The position numbers and the translations under genes are program-made. Shown here piece by piece: positions 1 through 12,479 of a stretch of 64,000 nucleotides of DNA. The stretch is from Mobula hypostoma (Eukaryota). Position 1 is the first letter of the stretch. Each line of letters opens with the position of its first letter. Location: NCBI RefSeq assembly GCF_963921235.1, contig NC_086097.1, forward strand, positions 123,382,001 through 123,446,000. The letters run 5' to 3'. Below the pieces are notes generated by a model, which was given only the letters and a program-made list of their open reading frames with translations, made no database searches and was not told the origin of the DNA.

Positions 1-718
1 TCATTGAAAGTGGGCATGCAGGTACAGCAGGCGGTGAAAAAGGCGAATGGTATGCTGGCATTTATAGCGAATGGTATGCTGGCATTTATAGTGAGAGGAT
101 TCGAGTACAGGAGCAGGGAGGTACTACTGCAGTTGTACAAGGCCTTGGTGAGACCACACCTGGAGTATTGTGTGCAGTTTTGGTCCCCTAATCTGAGGAA
201 AGACATCCTTGCCATAGAGGGAGTACAAAGAAGGTTCACCAAATTGATTCCTGGGATGGCAGGACTTTCATATGAAGAAAGACTGGATGAACTGGGCTTG
301 TACTCGTTGGAATTTAGAAGATTGAGGGGGATCTAATTGAAACGTATAAAATCCTAAAGGGATTGGACAGGCTAGATGCAGGAAGATTGTTCCCGAAGTT
401 GGGGAAGTCCAGAACAAGGGGTCACAGTTTGAGGATAAAGGGGAAGCCTTTTAGGACCGAGATTAGGAAAAACTTCTTCACACAGAGAGTGGTGAATCTG
501 TGGAATTCTCTGCCACAGGAAACAGTTGAGGCCAGTTCATTGGCTATATTTAAGAGGGAGTTAGATATGGCCCTTGTGGCTACGGGGATCAGGGGGTATG
601 GAGGGAAGGCTGGGGCGGGGTTCTGAGTTGGATGATCAGCCATGATCATAATAAATGGCGGTGCAGGCTCGAAGGGCCGAATGGCCTACTCCTGCACCTA
701 TTTTCTATGTTTCTACGT
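1..718 (+). mobile_element. CR1/HER1-type LINE, 3' part (young subfamily)
   Basis: ORF2 C-terminus (LYKALVRPHLEYCVQFWSP...RVVNLWNSLP), a frameshift near 330, 3' UTR ending in a TTTCTATG-type tail. Confidence 0.95.
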
Positions 719-719
719 T

Positions 720-890
720 TTCTCTTCGCTTGTTTTCTGTGTGTCCTGCGCGTGCCCAGTAGGAGGAGATTCGCCCAAATATCCATCTAATGTGGACAGA
801 GATATTTTGAAAAACGCTTAGTGTGGACACCTGTCGTTTTTACTCGAAACCGGCGTTTTCAAAATTATCCTGCGTAGTGTAGACGTAGCC
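720..890. mobile_element. One end of a Harbinger-like MITE
   Basis: Ends in TAGTGTAGACGTAGCC with internal GTGGAC subrepeats. The other end is probably outside the window, beyond the CR1. Confidence 0.55.
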
Positions 891-1544
891 TCTGTATTGC
901 CGCCATTCACCGATCAGTATCACGTTATTACCAGTATGTGAAACGTAGCAGAATTAATTGTGGTTCGGTGCCAAGCATAAAACACAGGACAATATCATAA
1001 CAGACAACACAATAGCAACCAACAATTTACAAGACAGTAGTGCAAACAGCCAAGAGCAATTGACAATTAGCAGAATGATGACATGTACAAACGTTAATAA
1101 TCAAACTTAAATAAATATGAACAGACACAATAATTACCAACAGAACAACAAGAACAGGAAAGGCCACTTAACAGATGTTGTGCCGGGAGTCGGATATTAC
1201 AGCTGAGTGAGTTTTGCTGGGATGCTGGATCGCTACAGGGAACAAGCTTCGGAGATGAGGTGTAATCCTGGTGTTGATAGGTCTGTAGCGTCTCCCTGAT
1301 GGCAATTTGGTGAATAGGTGATGCTGGTGTGGGTGGAGTCAGCAGTAACCTTTTCAGCTCTTTTCTTCGCTCTGGCAATAAACAGGTCTTTTAATGTCAG
1401 TAATTGAAAGCCAATGACCTTCTCCGGTGAGTGGACAACTCCCAGCAGTCTGGAGGGGTCAGCGGGAAACCAAATGGTACATTTTCCCTGTCAGCTTCCT
1501 CCAGGTGCTCCAGTTTCCTTCCACATTCCAAGGATATACGGCTA

Positions 1545-1895
1545 ACAGAGAAACACAGAAAACCTACAGCATAACACAGGCCCTTCAGCCCACAATGCTG
1601 GGCCGAACATGTCCTTACTTTAGAAATTACCGGTGGTGTCCCATAGCCCTCTATTTTTCTAAGCTCCATGTACTTATCCAGGAGTCTCTTAAAAGACCCT
1701 ATTGTATCCGCCTCCACCACCGTTGCCGGCAGCCCATTCCACGCACTCACCACTCTGCATAAAAACTTACCCCTGACATCTCCTCTGTACCTACTTCCAA
1801 GCACCTTAAAACTGCGCCCTCTCGTTAGCTATTTCAACCCTGGGAAAAAGCCTCTGACTATCCACGCGATCAATGCCTCTTATCATCTTGTATAC
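1545..1895 (-). mobile_element. CR1 LINE 3' fragment inserted in a V-SINE (about 1385-2060)
   Basis: RVVSAWNGLPATVVEADTIGSFKRLLDKYM motif; SINE halves on both sides. Confidence 0.8.
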
Positions 1896-2383
1896 CTAAA
1901 GGCTAGGTTTAGGGTTAGTGAGCTGTGAGCATGCTGTGTTGGCACCAAGAGTGGGGTAGCACTGCGACTTGGCAACACAATCCTCACAGATTTGATTTGA
2001 TGCGAACGGCACATTACACTGTATGTTTTGATGTGCATGACAAATAAAGCTAATCCTTCTTTCTTTTGTATGTCAGTCTTTATGCAGAAGTACATGAAAA
2101 ATGCATCGCCAGATACCTGTACAAAGCACACAGGTTCTAGGTTAGAAAACAGGTAAAGTTACACAATTGTAGCAAATGATGCACTGGCTTTAACGTATAA
2201 AACATGGCTCAGTCCTACAGCACAATTACACTACAGTGTTGTTATCACAATCTACGTACAGGTCCTGCAGTGATGGTAGACTGCAGCCGATGATCTTTAC
2301 AGCTGACCTGACAGCTCACTGTAATTTTTATAAATTACAATTTATATCTCAGAGTTCACACAAAGTGTTCGTAAGACAATATA

Positions 2384-2438
2384 CAGTCAGTGGCCATTTA
2401 ATTAAGGCCAGAAGGTACCTAAACGTGATCACTGAGTG
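2384..2438. mobile_element. 55-bp TIR-only Tc1 mini element
   Basis: TA|CAGTCAGTGGCCATTTAATTAAG...CCTAAACGTGATCACTGAGTG|TA; the same TIR as the longer Tc1 MITEs. Confidence 0.65.
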
Positions 2439-2466
2439 TATTTTTAAACAGAGCAGAACAAAACCT

Positions 2467-2734
2467 CTCATATCCCTTTTGCCAATCAATTGTCCAGCTC
2501 TTGGCTCCATCCCTCCCCCTCCTGTCTTCTCCTATCATTTTGGATCTCCCCCTCCCCCTCCCACTTTCAAATCTCTTACTAACTCTTCCTTCAGTTAGTC
2601 CTGACGAAGGGTCTCGGCCTGAAACGTCGACTGTACCTCTTCCTATAGATGCTGCCCAGCCTGCTGCGTTCACCAGCAACTTTGATGTGTGATTGCTTGA
2701 AATTCCAGCATCTGCAGATTTCCTTGTGTTTGCA
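2467..2734 (+). mobile_element. Penelope-like element terminal repeat (pLTR) fragment
   Basis: Pyrimidine-rich body, hammerhead motif, ...CCAGCATCTGCAG tail; flanked by AGAACAAAACCT/AGAATAAAACCT (candidate 12-bp TSD, one mismatch). Confidence 0.75.
2596..2633 (+). ncRNA. Minimal type I hammerhead ribozyme motif (Penelope-associated)
   Basis: TAGTC-CTGACGA-AGGgtctcggCCT-GAAA-CG-TC-GACTG: stem I, CUGANGA core, stem II, GAAA, palindromic ACGU stem III, GUC cleavage triplet. Confidence 0.75.
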
Positions 2735-2913
2735 AGAATAAAACCTTACTTTTATTCCCAACTATCAGTCAGAAATTAAATAGCTTATTACCTCATTTCT
2801 ATTTCTTTAGGGATGCAGTGTGGAACAGGCCCTTCTTGCTCTATGAACAGCACCACCCACCAGCATAGCTGTTTAATCACCAGCCTAATCACAGGACAAT
2901 TAACTTACTAATC

Positions 2914-3858
2914 ATAGAAACATAGAAAATAGGTGCAGGAGTAGGCCATTCGGCCTTCGAGCCTGCACTGCCATTTATTATGATCATGGCTGATCATCCA
3001 ACTCAGAACCCCGCCCCAGCCTTCCCTCCATACCCCCTGACCCCCGTAGCCACAAGGGCCATATCTAACTCCCTCTTAAATATAGCCAATGAACTGGCCT
3101 CAACTGTTTCCTGTGGCAGAGAATTCCACAGATTCACCACTCTCTGTGTGAAGAAGTTTTTCCTAATCTCGGTCCTAAAAGGCTTCCCCTCTATCCTCAA
3201 ACTGTGACCCCTCGTTCTGGACTTCCCCAACATCGGGAACAATCTTCCTGCATCTAGCCTGTCCAATCCCTTTAGGATCTTATACGTTTCAATCAGATCC
3301 CCCCTCAATCTTCTAAATTCCAACGAGTACAAGCCCAGTTCATCCAGTCTTTCTTCATATGAAAGTCCTGCCATCCCAGGAATCAATCTGGTGAACCTTC
3401 TTTGTACTCCCTCTATGGCAAAGGTGTCTTTCCTCAGATTAGGGGACCAAAACTGCACACAATACTCCAGGTGTGGTCTCACCAAGGCCTTGTACAACTG
3501 CTGTAGTACCTCCCTGCTCCTGTACTCGAATCCTCTCGCTATAAATGCCAGCATACCATTCGCCTTTTTCACCGCCTGCTGTACCTGCATGCCCACTTTC
3601 AATGACTGGTGTATAATGACACCCAGGTCTCGTTGCACCTCCCCTTTTCCTAATCGGCCACCATTCAGATAATAATCTGTTTTCCTATTTTTGCCACCAA
3701 AGTGGATAACTTCACATTTATCCACATTAAATTGCATCTGCCATGAATTTGCCCACTCACCCAACCTATCCAAGTCACTCTGCATCCTCTTAGCATCCTC
3801 CTCACTGCTAACACTGCCACCCAGCTTCGTGTCATCCGCCAACTTGGAGATGCTGCAT
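2914..3858 (-). mobile_element. 5'-truncated young CR1/HER1-type LINE with uninterrupted ORF2 C-terminus, inserted in a V-SINE (2808-4012)
   Basis: ORF 3003-3893 includes SKLADDTKL (FADD-like) through the ORF2 stop; (TTTCTATG)n tail; SINE halves on both sides. Confidence 0.95.
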
Positions 3859-4145
3859 TTACGTCTTTGGGCTGTGAAATGAAACCGGAGCACCGGTGGA
3901 AACCCATGTAGTCACGGGGAGAGCAAACAAACTCCTCTCTGGCAGAATTGAATTCTGAACTCCAACACCCCGAGCTGCAACAGCTTCGCACGGACCGCTA
4001 TGCCACCGTGATGACCCAGTTTTGCCCCATAATTTCTTGACACAAGAATGACTTGCCAGACTCCCAGGCAGTTAAAGAGAACAACAGAATCCCCAATATC
4101 CAGTAAATGGTCTAAGTGAGCATCCGCTGCCCTCTTATAGTATCA

Positions 4146-4322
<177 letters not shown>

Positions 4323-4544
4323 TTATGTAATATGAACACTTATGTCTGTACATGCCCAAATTTTATATTAGCTGTTTATATTTTATATAAACAACTAATA
4401 AATTATTACCTATATTTTATTTTGAATGCGCAACTTTGACGCTACACATGCTGGAACTGGAATAAAAAACAGAATGCTGGAAGAACTGTGGATTAAGCAG
4501 CATCTAAGATCCAAAACGTCAACTTAAATCTTCTTCTATGGAGA

Positions 4545-5195
4545 ACACAAAATGCTGGAGGAACTCAGCAGGTCGAGCAAAATCTATGGAGGGGAATGAA
4601 CAGTTAACATTTTGGGCCCAGACCCTGAATCAGGACTGGAAAGGAAGGATTGAAAGGCCAGAATAAGGAGGTGGGGGGGGGGGGAGGAAGGAGGACAAGC
4701 TGGAAAGTGATAGGCGAAACCAGGTGGGGGTGGGGGGCAGAAGTAAGAAGCTGGGAGGTGATAGGTGGAAAATGTAAAGGATTGAAGAAGGAATCCTAAA
4801 GGTGAAGAGAGTGGACCATGGGAGAAAAGGATGGAGGTGGGACACTAGAGAATTGGTGGGTGGCTCAGGGGAAGGGAGGTAATAAGAGGAGATCAGAATG
4901 GGAATAAAAGGGGGGGGGGGGAACAGAGAAACTACCAGAAGTCAGAGAAACCAATGTTCATGCCATCAGTTTGGAGGCTACCCAGACAGAATATGAGGTG
5001 TTGCTCCTCCAACTTGAGAGTGGCCTCATCGTGGCAGTAGAGAAGAACATAAACTGACATGTTGGAGTGGGAATGGGAAGTAGAATTAAAATGGGTGGCC
5101 ACCAGGAAATGCCACCTGTTGCGGCAGATGGTGCAAAGGTGCTCGGATATGTGCATTGCTCAGGATTTCCAGCATCTGCAGAACCTCTCGTGCTC
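4545..5195 (-). mobile_element. Penelope-like element fragment (GIY-YIG C-terminus plus pLTR)
   Basis: EHL...VATHFNSTSHS...KLEEQHLIFCLGSLQTDGMNI motif; degenerate hammerhead at 4601-4638. Confidence 0.85.
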
Positions 5196-5797
5196 CTTCC
5201 ACAGACACTGCTCGAAACAATGAGCTCTTCTACCATCCAGATTTTGTTATCATTTAGAGATATTCCTTTATCAATCAGTATCTGCCAAGGTATCAAATAA
5301 TGAATATGCCTGTAACAGTCCATTCTGAAGAGCTGAATAAAATAATTGTCTTTATGTGCTGCTCTTTCATAGTTTCAGGATGCCCCAAAGCACTTCACCT
5401 AAATTAAATCACCTGAAACAGGACCTGCCCGGGAAACCGATCACACAGTTCTTTCTAAGAGATTACATGGGTACAATGTTCCTCTGAGGTATTCGATCTT
5501 TCACACAAAAAAGCTCAAATCAATTATTATCTAAGGATTGCAAATGAGTAGAGTATAGAGGGGTCCAGGTATTGCAGATGAAACTTGAACAGGTACAGGT
5601 ACAGGTACAGGTACAGGTACAAGCAGTCAGAAAAGCAAGTGGGCACGATGGGGTTCGGGATACAGAAATAAGGAAATACCAGAATTGTACAGAGTTTTGG
5701 TGAGGTCACACCTAGAGTACTGTGTACAGTTCTGGAACTCCTATTTATAAAAGGATAACCTAGCCTTGGTGTAAGTCCATAAGAAATTCACAAAGCT

Positions 5798-6195
5798 GTT
5801 GGTGGCAGTCTATTACAAGTTGGTGTCTATCCATTACAGGTTCATGAAGCTGTTTGTGACAGCCCATTATAAATTCAGTTCATTACAGATTGGTGTCTGT
5901 CTATTACAGATTCACGAAGCTGCTTGTGACAGCCCATTACAAATTCAGTTCATTACAGATTGGTGGTGGTCCATTACAGATTCATGAAGCTTTTTTACAG
6001 ATTCAGTCCATTACAAGTTGGTGGTAGTCCATTACAGATTCAGTACATTACAGATTGATGGCAGTCCATAACTGATTCACGAAGCTGTCGATGGTGGTTC
6101 ATTACAGAATCAGTCCATTACAAGTTGGTGGTAGTCCATGATAGATTCAGTCCATTACAGATTGATGGCAGTCCATTACAGATTCACAAAGTTGT
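5798..6195. repeat. Complex minisatellite with core CAGTCCATTACAGATT
   Basis: About 18 copies of a CCATTACA-like core, with higher-order periods of 70 bp (5820/5890/5960) and about 107 bp (6004/6111). A (GGTACA)n microsatellite lies nearby at 5590-5620. Confidence 0.9.
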
Positions 6196-7574
6196 CTACA
6201 ATCCTTCCATAGAGATGAAGGTGTTTCCAATCACAAATGGTTGTCGACAGGATTTCTCAATTCTTTGAAGTGCCACCACAAATTCTGGCGCCATGACCAC
6301 AATGTTCAGCAAAACAACAAAACAAAACATACCAAATAACAAAGCAACGAAGCAAACCAAGATCCATTCATCCCTCCCACACACATACACATTCCCTTAA
6401 CTGCAGGAGAAGTCATCTTCTTCGGCGACCAGCCTCCAGCAGGCTCATACATTTGCAGATATTGAACTTCGACTTCCCTAGCAGACTTGAAGAGATTTGC
6501 AGATTTGGGGATCCAGACATCAGGCCTCGATTTCTGGACCTCCAATCGAAGACCAGGCCTCTAACTGGACTTCCATTCTTGACCTGCATGCTACTGTGGC
6601 AGGAAACTGGTGCAAACCCCTGGACTGTACTGGTGTTCCCTGAGCAAAGAATCATCTAAGTTGCCTGTGGGGTGGCCAGTGAGGGACAAGCCAGGATGAG
6701 TGATGGAGACAGTCAGCATGAAAACATGAGGCTCAGGGCTGCACCCAAACCAGCATGCTGACTACAAACCATGACCAGGAACTGGCAGCATCCACTGTGG
6801 CTTGGTCTGATTGCCTTTCTCCTCACCAGCAACTGAGTATGATGAAAATTCCTCTCTCCCGCTCCCTTCGACTGCACAGCTCTCCAGACCTCAGAATTAT
6901 CTCTATGGTGATGACCCGCCACTGAACTCATGCAGACAGATACAAGGACAGGGGGCGAATCACAAACAAGAGAAAATCTGCAGAAGCTGGAAATCCAAGC
7001 AACACACAAAGATGCTGGGGGAACTCAGCAGGCCAGGCAGCATCTATGGAACAGAGTAAACCGTCCACTCTTTGGGCCGAGACCCTTCATCAGGACTGAT
7101 GAAGGAGAGGGGGCGTATACTGCTTCTGTCACAGCCCATCACATTGCATGATATTGAGGAGATTTGTTATGTCAACAAAGAGTCCACCAAATTCCTACAG
7201 ATGTATCACAGAGAGCATTCTAACTGGTTGCATCACCACCTGGTATGGAGGGGTCACTTAAGCGAATCAGAAAAATGTGCAAACTCAGCCAGCTTTCTCA
7301 CAGAAACTAGGTTCCCCACCATCGAGGACCTCTTCAAAAGATGATGCCTCAAAAAGGTCACATCTATCATAAAGGACCCCCCCCCCACGACCCTCTTCTC
7401 ATTACTACTGTCAGAGAGGAGGTACAGTACAGGTGCCTAAAGGTACATACTTTTTAGGAACAGCTTCTTCCCCTCTGCCGTCAGATTTCTGAAGGGACAA
7501 TGAACCTATTAACACAACCTCACCATTTTCGCTCTTTTTTGCACTAATTATTGAATTTAAGCTTTTAATATACA

Positions 7575-8455
7575 CACTTAGTGGCCACTTTATTAGGTAC
7601 ACCTGTACTCCTGCTTGTTAATGCAAATATCTAATCAGCCTATCACGTGGCAGCAACTCAATTCATAAAAGCATGCAGATGTGACCAACAGGTTTAGTTG
7701 TTGCTCAGACCAAACATCGGAACGGGAAAGAACTGTGATCCAAGTGATTTTGACCGGGAATGATTGTTGGTGCTGGTAGGGATGGTTTGAGTATCTCAAA
7801 AACTGCTGATCTGGTGTTTTTTTTGCATACAACAATTTCTGGAGTTTACAGAGAATGGTGCGAAAAATATCCAGTGAGCAGCAGTTCTGGGGGTATATAT
7901 ATTTATAGGCATCCTTTAGTCTTGTGAGACCATCAATTTGCACCTTGGAAGATTTCCGGGCGCAGGCCTGGGCAAGGTTGTATGGAAGACCAGCAGTTGC
8001 CCATGCTGCAAGTCTCCCTCTCCACGCCACTGATGTTGTCCAAGGGAAGGGCACTAGGGCCAATACAGCTTGGCACCGGTGTCGTTGCAGAGCAATGTGT
8101 GGTTAAGTGCCTTGCTCAAGGACACAACACGCTGCTTCAGCTGAGGCTCGAACTAGCGACCTTCAGATCACTAGACCAACGCCTTAACCACTTGGCCACG
8201 CGCCAACACTGGGGGTATAAAACACCTTATTAATAAGAGAGCTCTGAGGAAAACGGCCAGACTGGTTCAAGCTGACAGGAAGGTGACAGTAACTCAAATA
8301 ACCACACGTTACAACAGTGGTGTGCAGAAGAGAATCTTTGAACGCACAACACGTGGAACCTTGAAGTGGATGGGTTACAGCAACAGAAGACCACAAATGT
8401 ACACTCAGTGGCCACTTTATTAGGTTATGGAGGTACTGGGTGTGGACACTGAGTG
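7575..8455 (+). mobile_element. Non-autonomous Tc1 element with nested CORE-SINE
   Basis: TIR CACTCAGTGGCCACTTTATTAGGTAC; remnant of the transposase N-terminal HTH; extra internal TIR at 8402. Confidence 0.85.
7898..8208 (-). mobile_element. tRNA-derived CORE-type SINE
   Basis: A box TGGCCAAGTGG, B box GTTCGAGCC, CORE-like GTGTCCTTGAGCAAGGCACTTAACC, TA-rich tail; perfect 11-bp TSD CTGGGGGTATA (7887-7897 and 8209-8219). Confidence 0.88.
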
Positions 8456-8559
8456 TATATTTCTTTGTCTGATTTACGGTGTTTTTATGTAATGCACTGT
8501 AGTGCTGCTGCAAAGCAAATTTCACAACAGGTCAGTGACATTAAACCTGATTCCAATCC

Positions 8560-9110
8560 AACATCAAAAAGAGTAAGACGAGGGAGCACACACCAATCCT
8601 CAGAGGGAGCAGAAGTGGAAAGAGTGAGCAGCTTAAATTTCCTGGGGATCTAACCTGGACCCAACATATCCATGCAACTATAAAGAAGGAATGACAGCAG
8701 CTATATTTCATGAGGAATTTGAGGAAATTTGGTTTGTCACCAAAAGCACTCGCAAATTTCTACAGATGTACTGTGGAGAACATTCTAACTGGCTGCATCA
8801 CCTTCTGGTATTGGGGTGGGGGAGGGGCTACTGCACAGGATCGTAGTAAGCTGCAGAGAGTTGTAAACTTAGTCAGCTCCATCACGCGCACTGGCCTCTG
8901 TAGTACCCACATCATCTTCAATGAGCAATGCCTCAAATTAGGACTTGTGCACATTAGGATTTGTGAACATTAGGATTAGGATTTGTCAGTCTTGTGTACT
9001 TTTTAGATTCTGGTGTACTTTTTTGTTTTACTGTGATTGTCTGCACGAAAATGAATTTCAAGGTATAATGACCTATATACATACTTTCATAACAAATTTA
9101 CTGTGAGATT
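8560..9110 (+). mobile_element. Rex1/Babar-like LINE 3' fragment
   Basis: LYFMRNLRKFGLSPKALANFYRCTVENILTGCITFWY motif. Confidence 0.7.
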
Positions 9111-9136
9111 TTTACTTCTGAAATTTGAGATGGATA

Positions 9137-9376
9137 TTGGTAGCGTAGTAGTTAACGTGACACCATTACAGCTCAGGGCATTCCAAAGTTCGAAGTTCGA
9201 TTGTGGCAGCGTTTCTAATGGAGCTTATACATTCTCCTGTGAGTGTGTGTGATTCCTCCATGTGCTCTGGTTTCCTCCCACAGTCCAAAGGTGTACTGGT
9301 TAGGTTAATTAATCATTGTAAATTGGCCTGTGATTAGGCTAGGGTTAAATAGGTGAGTTGCAGATCATTGGGCCAG
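9137..9376 (+). mobile_element. HE1-type V-SINE
   Basis: tRNA-like head plus the V domain GCTCTGGTTTCCTCCCACAGTCCAAAG. Confidence 0.8.
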
Positions 9377-9619
9377 AAAATAAAACATAAATAACCTGAA
9401 ACTCTAATCTGTTCCCTTCTCCACAGATGCTGTTGGATTGGAGCATTTTCAGTATTTCCTTCACTAGCTGAGAACTATAGAGTTTGTACAAATCCAGTCC
9501 TCTGGAGATCAAGTTATTGAGCTCAATGGTCCAGCCCAATATCCGGCTGTCATCCAGCATATATTTTCAGCAACAATATGCACAACTTGACAATTTTTCA
9601 AGATAAAGAATTGCTCTAT

Positions 9620-9926
9620 TTGTCACATGTACATCAAAACATACAGTGAAATGTATTGCTTTGTGTCATTGACCAACACAGTCCGAGGTTGTGCTGGGGG
9701 CAGCCTGCAAATGTTTCCGGCACCCACATTGCATGCCCCCAACTCACTAACCCTAACCCTTCCCGAATCTCTTTGAAATGTGGGTGGAAACAGAAGAACC
9801 GAAAGGAAACCCACGTGGTCATGGGGAGAAGGTACAGACTCCTTACAGACAGCAAGAATCGAACCCCAATCGGTGATCGCTGTCTCTGTAACAGGTTTCC
9901 GCTAACCGCTACACCACTGTGCCACC
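9620..9926 (-). mobile_element. HE1-type V-SINE
   Basis: tRNA head and V domain on the minus strand. Confidence 0.8.
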
Positions 9927-10883
9927 CATAAATTCTCATAAAGCCTGCCAAGTACCCAGGCAAGTTCCACAAGCTGGCCCTGTAAGTGCATTTTGCATGG
10001 CTCATATTCCTGTTAAGGGAAGACAGGATACCAGACGCTTCACGAGCTGATGTCAGCAGTAAAGCCCCACTAACCTACTGGGTGAACTGCTACATTGAAG
10101 AGGTTGACAGACCACTACCCCATGAAGGACATGAGCAATAAACGCTGGCCATGATAGCAACATCCATATCCCAAAAATGAATTTAAAATATGTAAGATTC
10201 ATGATTGCAAAGGGGAAGGAGGGTGCAAGGAAACTCTGCAAGGTTTCCTCCCTCCTACAGTCCAATGACCTCCCAGGTGGGTTAAATGGTTATTGCTAAC
10301 TGTCCAGTGATTAGGGTCAAATCGAGGTTGTTGGTGGGCAGTGTGGCTCAAATAATCAGCTAATTAATTAATTCAAAGATTGTTAGGTTCTCGATGAGTA
10401 AGGATATCAAAAGTTACGGGGAGAAGGCAGGAGAATAGGGTTAATAAATCAGCTGTGAAGGAATGGGGAGAAGACTTGATGGGCCAAATGGCCTAATTCT
10501 GCTGCTATAGTATGGTCTTAAGGTCTTATGATCTAACGTATTGCCTTCTTCAGCATAAACAGGGGTTTATATTACTAGGCTAATTAATCCAGTGATGAAG
10601 ACCAGTAACCTTAAAAGGCCATTGAGTTCCTCCAGCAGTTTGTGTGCAGAAAGCAAATGTCTAATGGCAATTCTGGAACCACGCAAAAATATCTTTTTCA
10701 AACTGTCCTTCCTGAGGGAAGTAAAAGTGTAATACTATGCAGCTGGATTTTTGTGACTCCCACTCTGATTGTAGGCATTCCTGGTATTTCCTATCTGAAA
10801 TACATTATAGCAACAGTGCACAGTAGAAATGATTTCCTACAGAAAATGCTTATAAGCTGAAGATCAGCTTAACAACGATAACT

Positions 10884-11176
10884 GGGCACTGCGGTAGCAT
10901 AGCGGTTAGTGCGACGCTATTACAGGTCGGGGCGTTCCAGAGTTCAGAGTTCAATTCCAGCACCATTCTGTCAGGAGCCTCTCCATTCTCCCTGTGGAAT
11001 GAGTAGGTTTTCCTGGGATTCTCCAGTTTCCTCCCTCAGTCCAAAGACAAAACGAGTAGGTTAACTGGTATTTGTAAATCGACGTGATTAGGTTAGGGTT
11101 AATCGGGGTTGTGGGGTTACTCAGGCGGCGTGGCTCGAAGGAGTAAAAGGACCAATTCCACATTGTATTACTAAAT
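10884..11176 (+). mobile_element. HE1-type V-SINE
   Basis: GGTAGCATAGCGGTTAG A box, GTTCAATTCC B box, V domain. Confidence 0.85.
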
Positions 11177-11664
11177 TTAAGATATTGGAAATAATTAACC
11201 AGTGACCTAAAGGCAACCCTTAGATCCCTTATTGTTTATTTCTCCACATCACAGGAAAAAAAAAGGTCACAGAATGAAGGAATAAAGAATGAATCTTTAC
11301 TTTTATCGATAGATGCTGCCTGACCTGAGCTCCTCCAGCATTCAGTGTGTGTCACAGGAATAAGTGTACTTTCATTGATATGGGTCAGCGATATTTTCTT
11401 TAAGAGGAACTGTCTACATTAATTTATTGCAAGTTATTTGCAGGCTTGTGTGAGTATGTATTAAAATTTTATTTTATAAAAAATAAATTACAAAAAAAAA
11501 GAAAATTTATTTTACTTACAGATACTGCACGGACCAGGCCGTTCTGGTCCAACATTGTTTTAGCCAGTAATAACAACAATAAAAGGGTTCATGACCTTTA
11601 TTAATAACCGAATAAAGTATCTACACCAATACTTTAATTATGAGAAGCATTAAGGGCAATTATT

Positions 11665-12135
11665 GACTGAGAACGAGTCTTCTCCAAGGATCGCCATGGG
11701 GGAGAAAGAGGCTTGTGAGTTCCTGAGATCCGAGACCAATGCTGTCTGCAGTTTAGCCTAGGTTCTGGTAGGGTCACCCATGGCGGTAAGGTCAAGGCAG
11801 AGGTTCCAGATAAAGATCGACCCAACCAAGGCCTCAGTGGTGGAGCTTTTGGAAGCTGACGGCACATCACAACAGCAGTGAAGGGTCTCCAGTCGTCTCA
11901 CACTCCATACCACTGGACCCTGACACCGCTCTGTCAAGGACTGTGTGACGGCTGGCTATGATTCAGCCTCCCCACATTAAACAAAGTCATGCACAGGCAT
12001 TCTCCATTAAGGAAATCCGCCCTAACATCGCAGAGTTTTATGGATAGCAGATCGTCCGTTTCAGTCACCTGAGGACCCATCAATAGACGACCCCTTAAGG
12101 CAATACCATCATCGACTCGAGTATCGCACTATTAC
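11665..12135 (+). mobile_element. RTE-related non-autonomous element (second copy at about 38500-38990)
   Basis: The two regions share GGTCACCCATGG...GTCAAGG and CAGTCACCTGA(G/A)GACCCA blocks; the RTE assignment is from motif resemblance. Confidence 0.55.
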
Positions 12136-12479
12136 TGTTCAATGGGAGAGTACAGCAAGTATACGTAAAGTGATATGATATGAGCAACTATAGAAAACAA
12201 ACATCCCTGGCTACAAAGAAATTGGTTTACAGGCAGTTTTCAGAAACAGAACCCTTATGTAACCCAGGATCTGCCTACATTTCTTTAGTAGTACATTCTT
12301 CCTAGTTTCCCCTTTTTCCCTGGACCATTGATTCTGGGAGCTTTTTATTTGAGTCATCTGAGCAAAAGCAGTAATCAAATTAAAGCAGTTATAATTAATC
12401 ATACACACTGCCAGCATGAGCCACAAACATTGTGGTCCATGACCTCGTTACAGAAGTTTAGCATTCCCCAGATTAAAGG

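Noticed and set aside
5798..6195. CRISPR-like array
   Set aside because: Inter-core sequences are short, repetitive and related to each other rather than unique spacers; no cas genes; vertebrate context.
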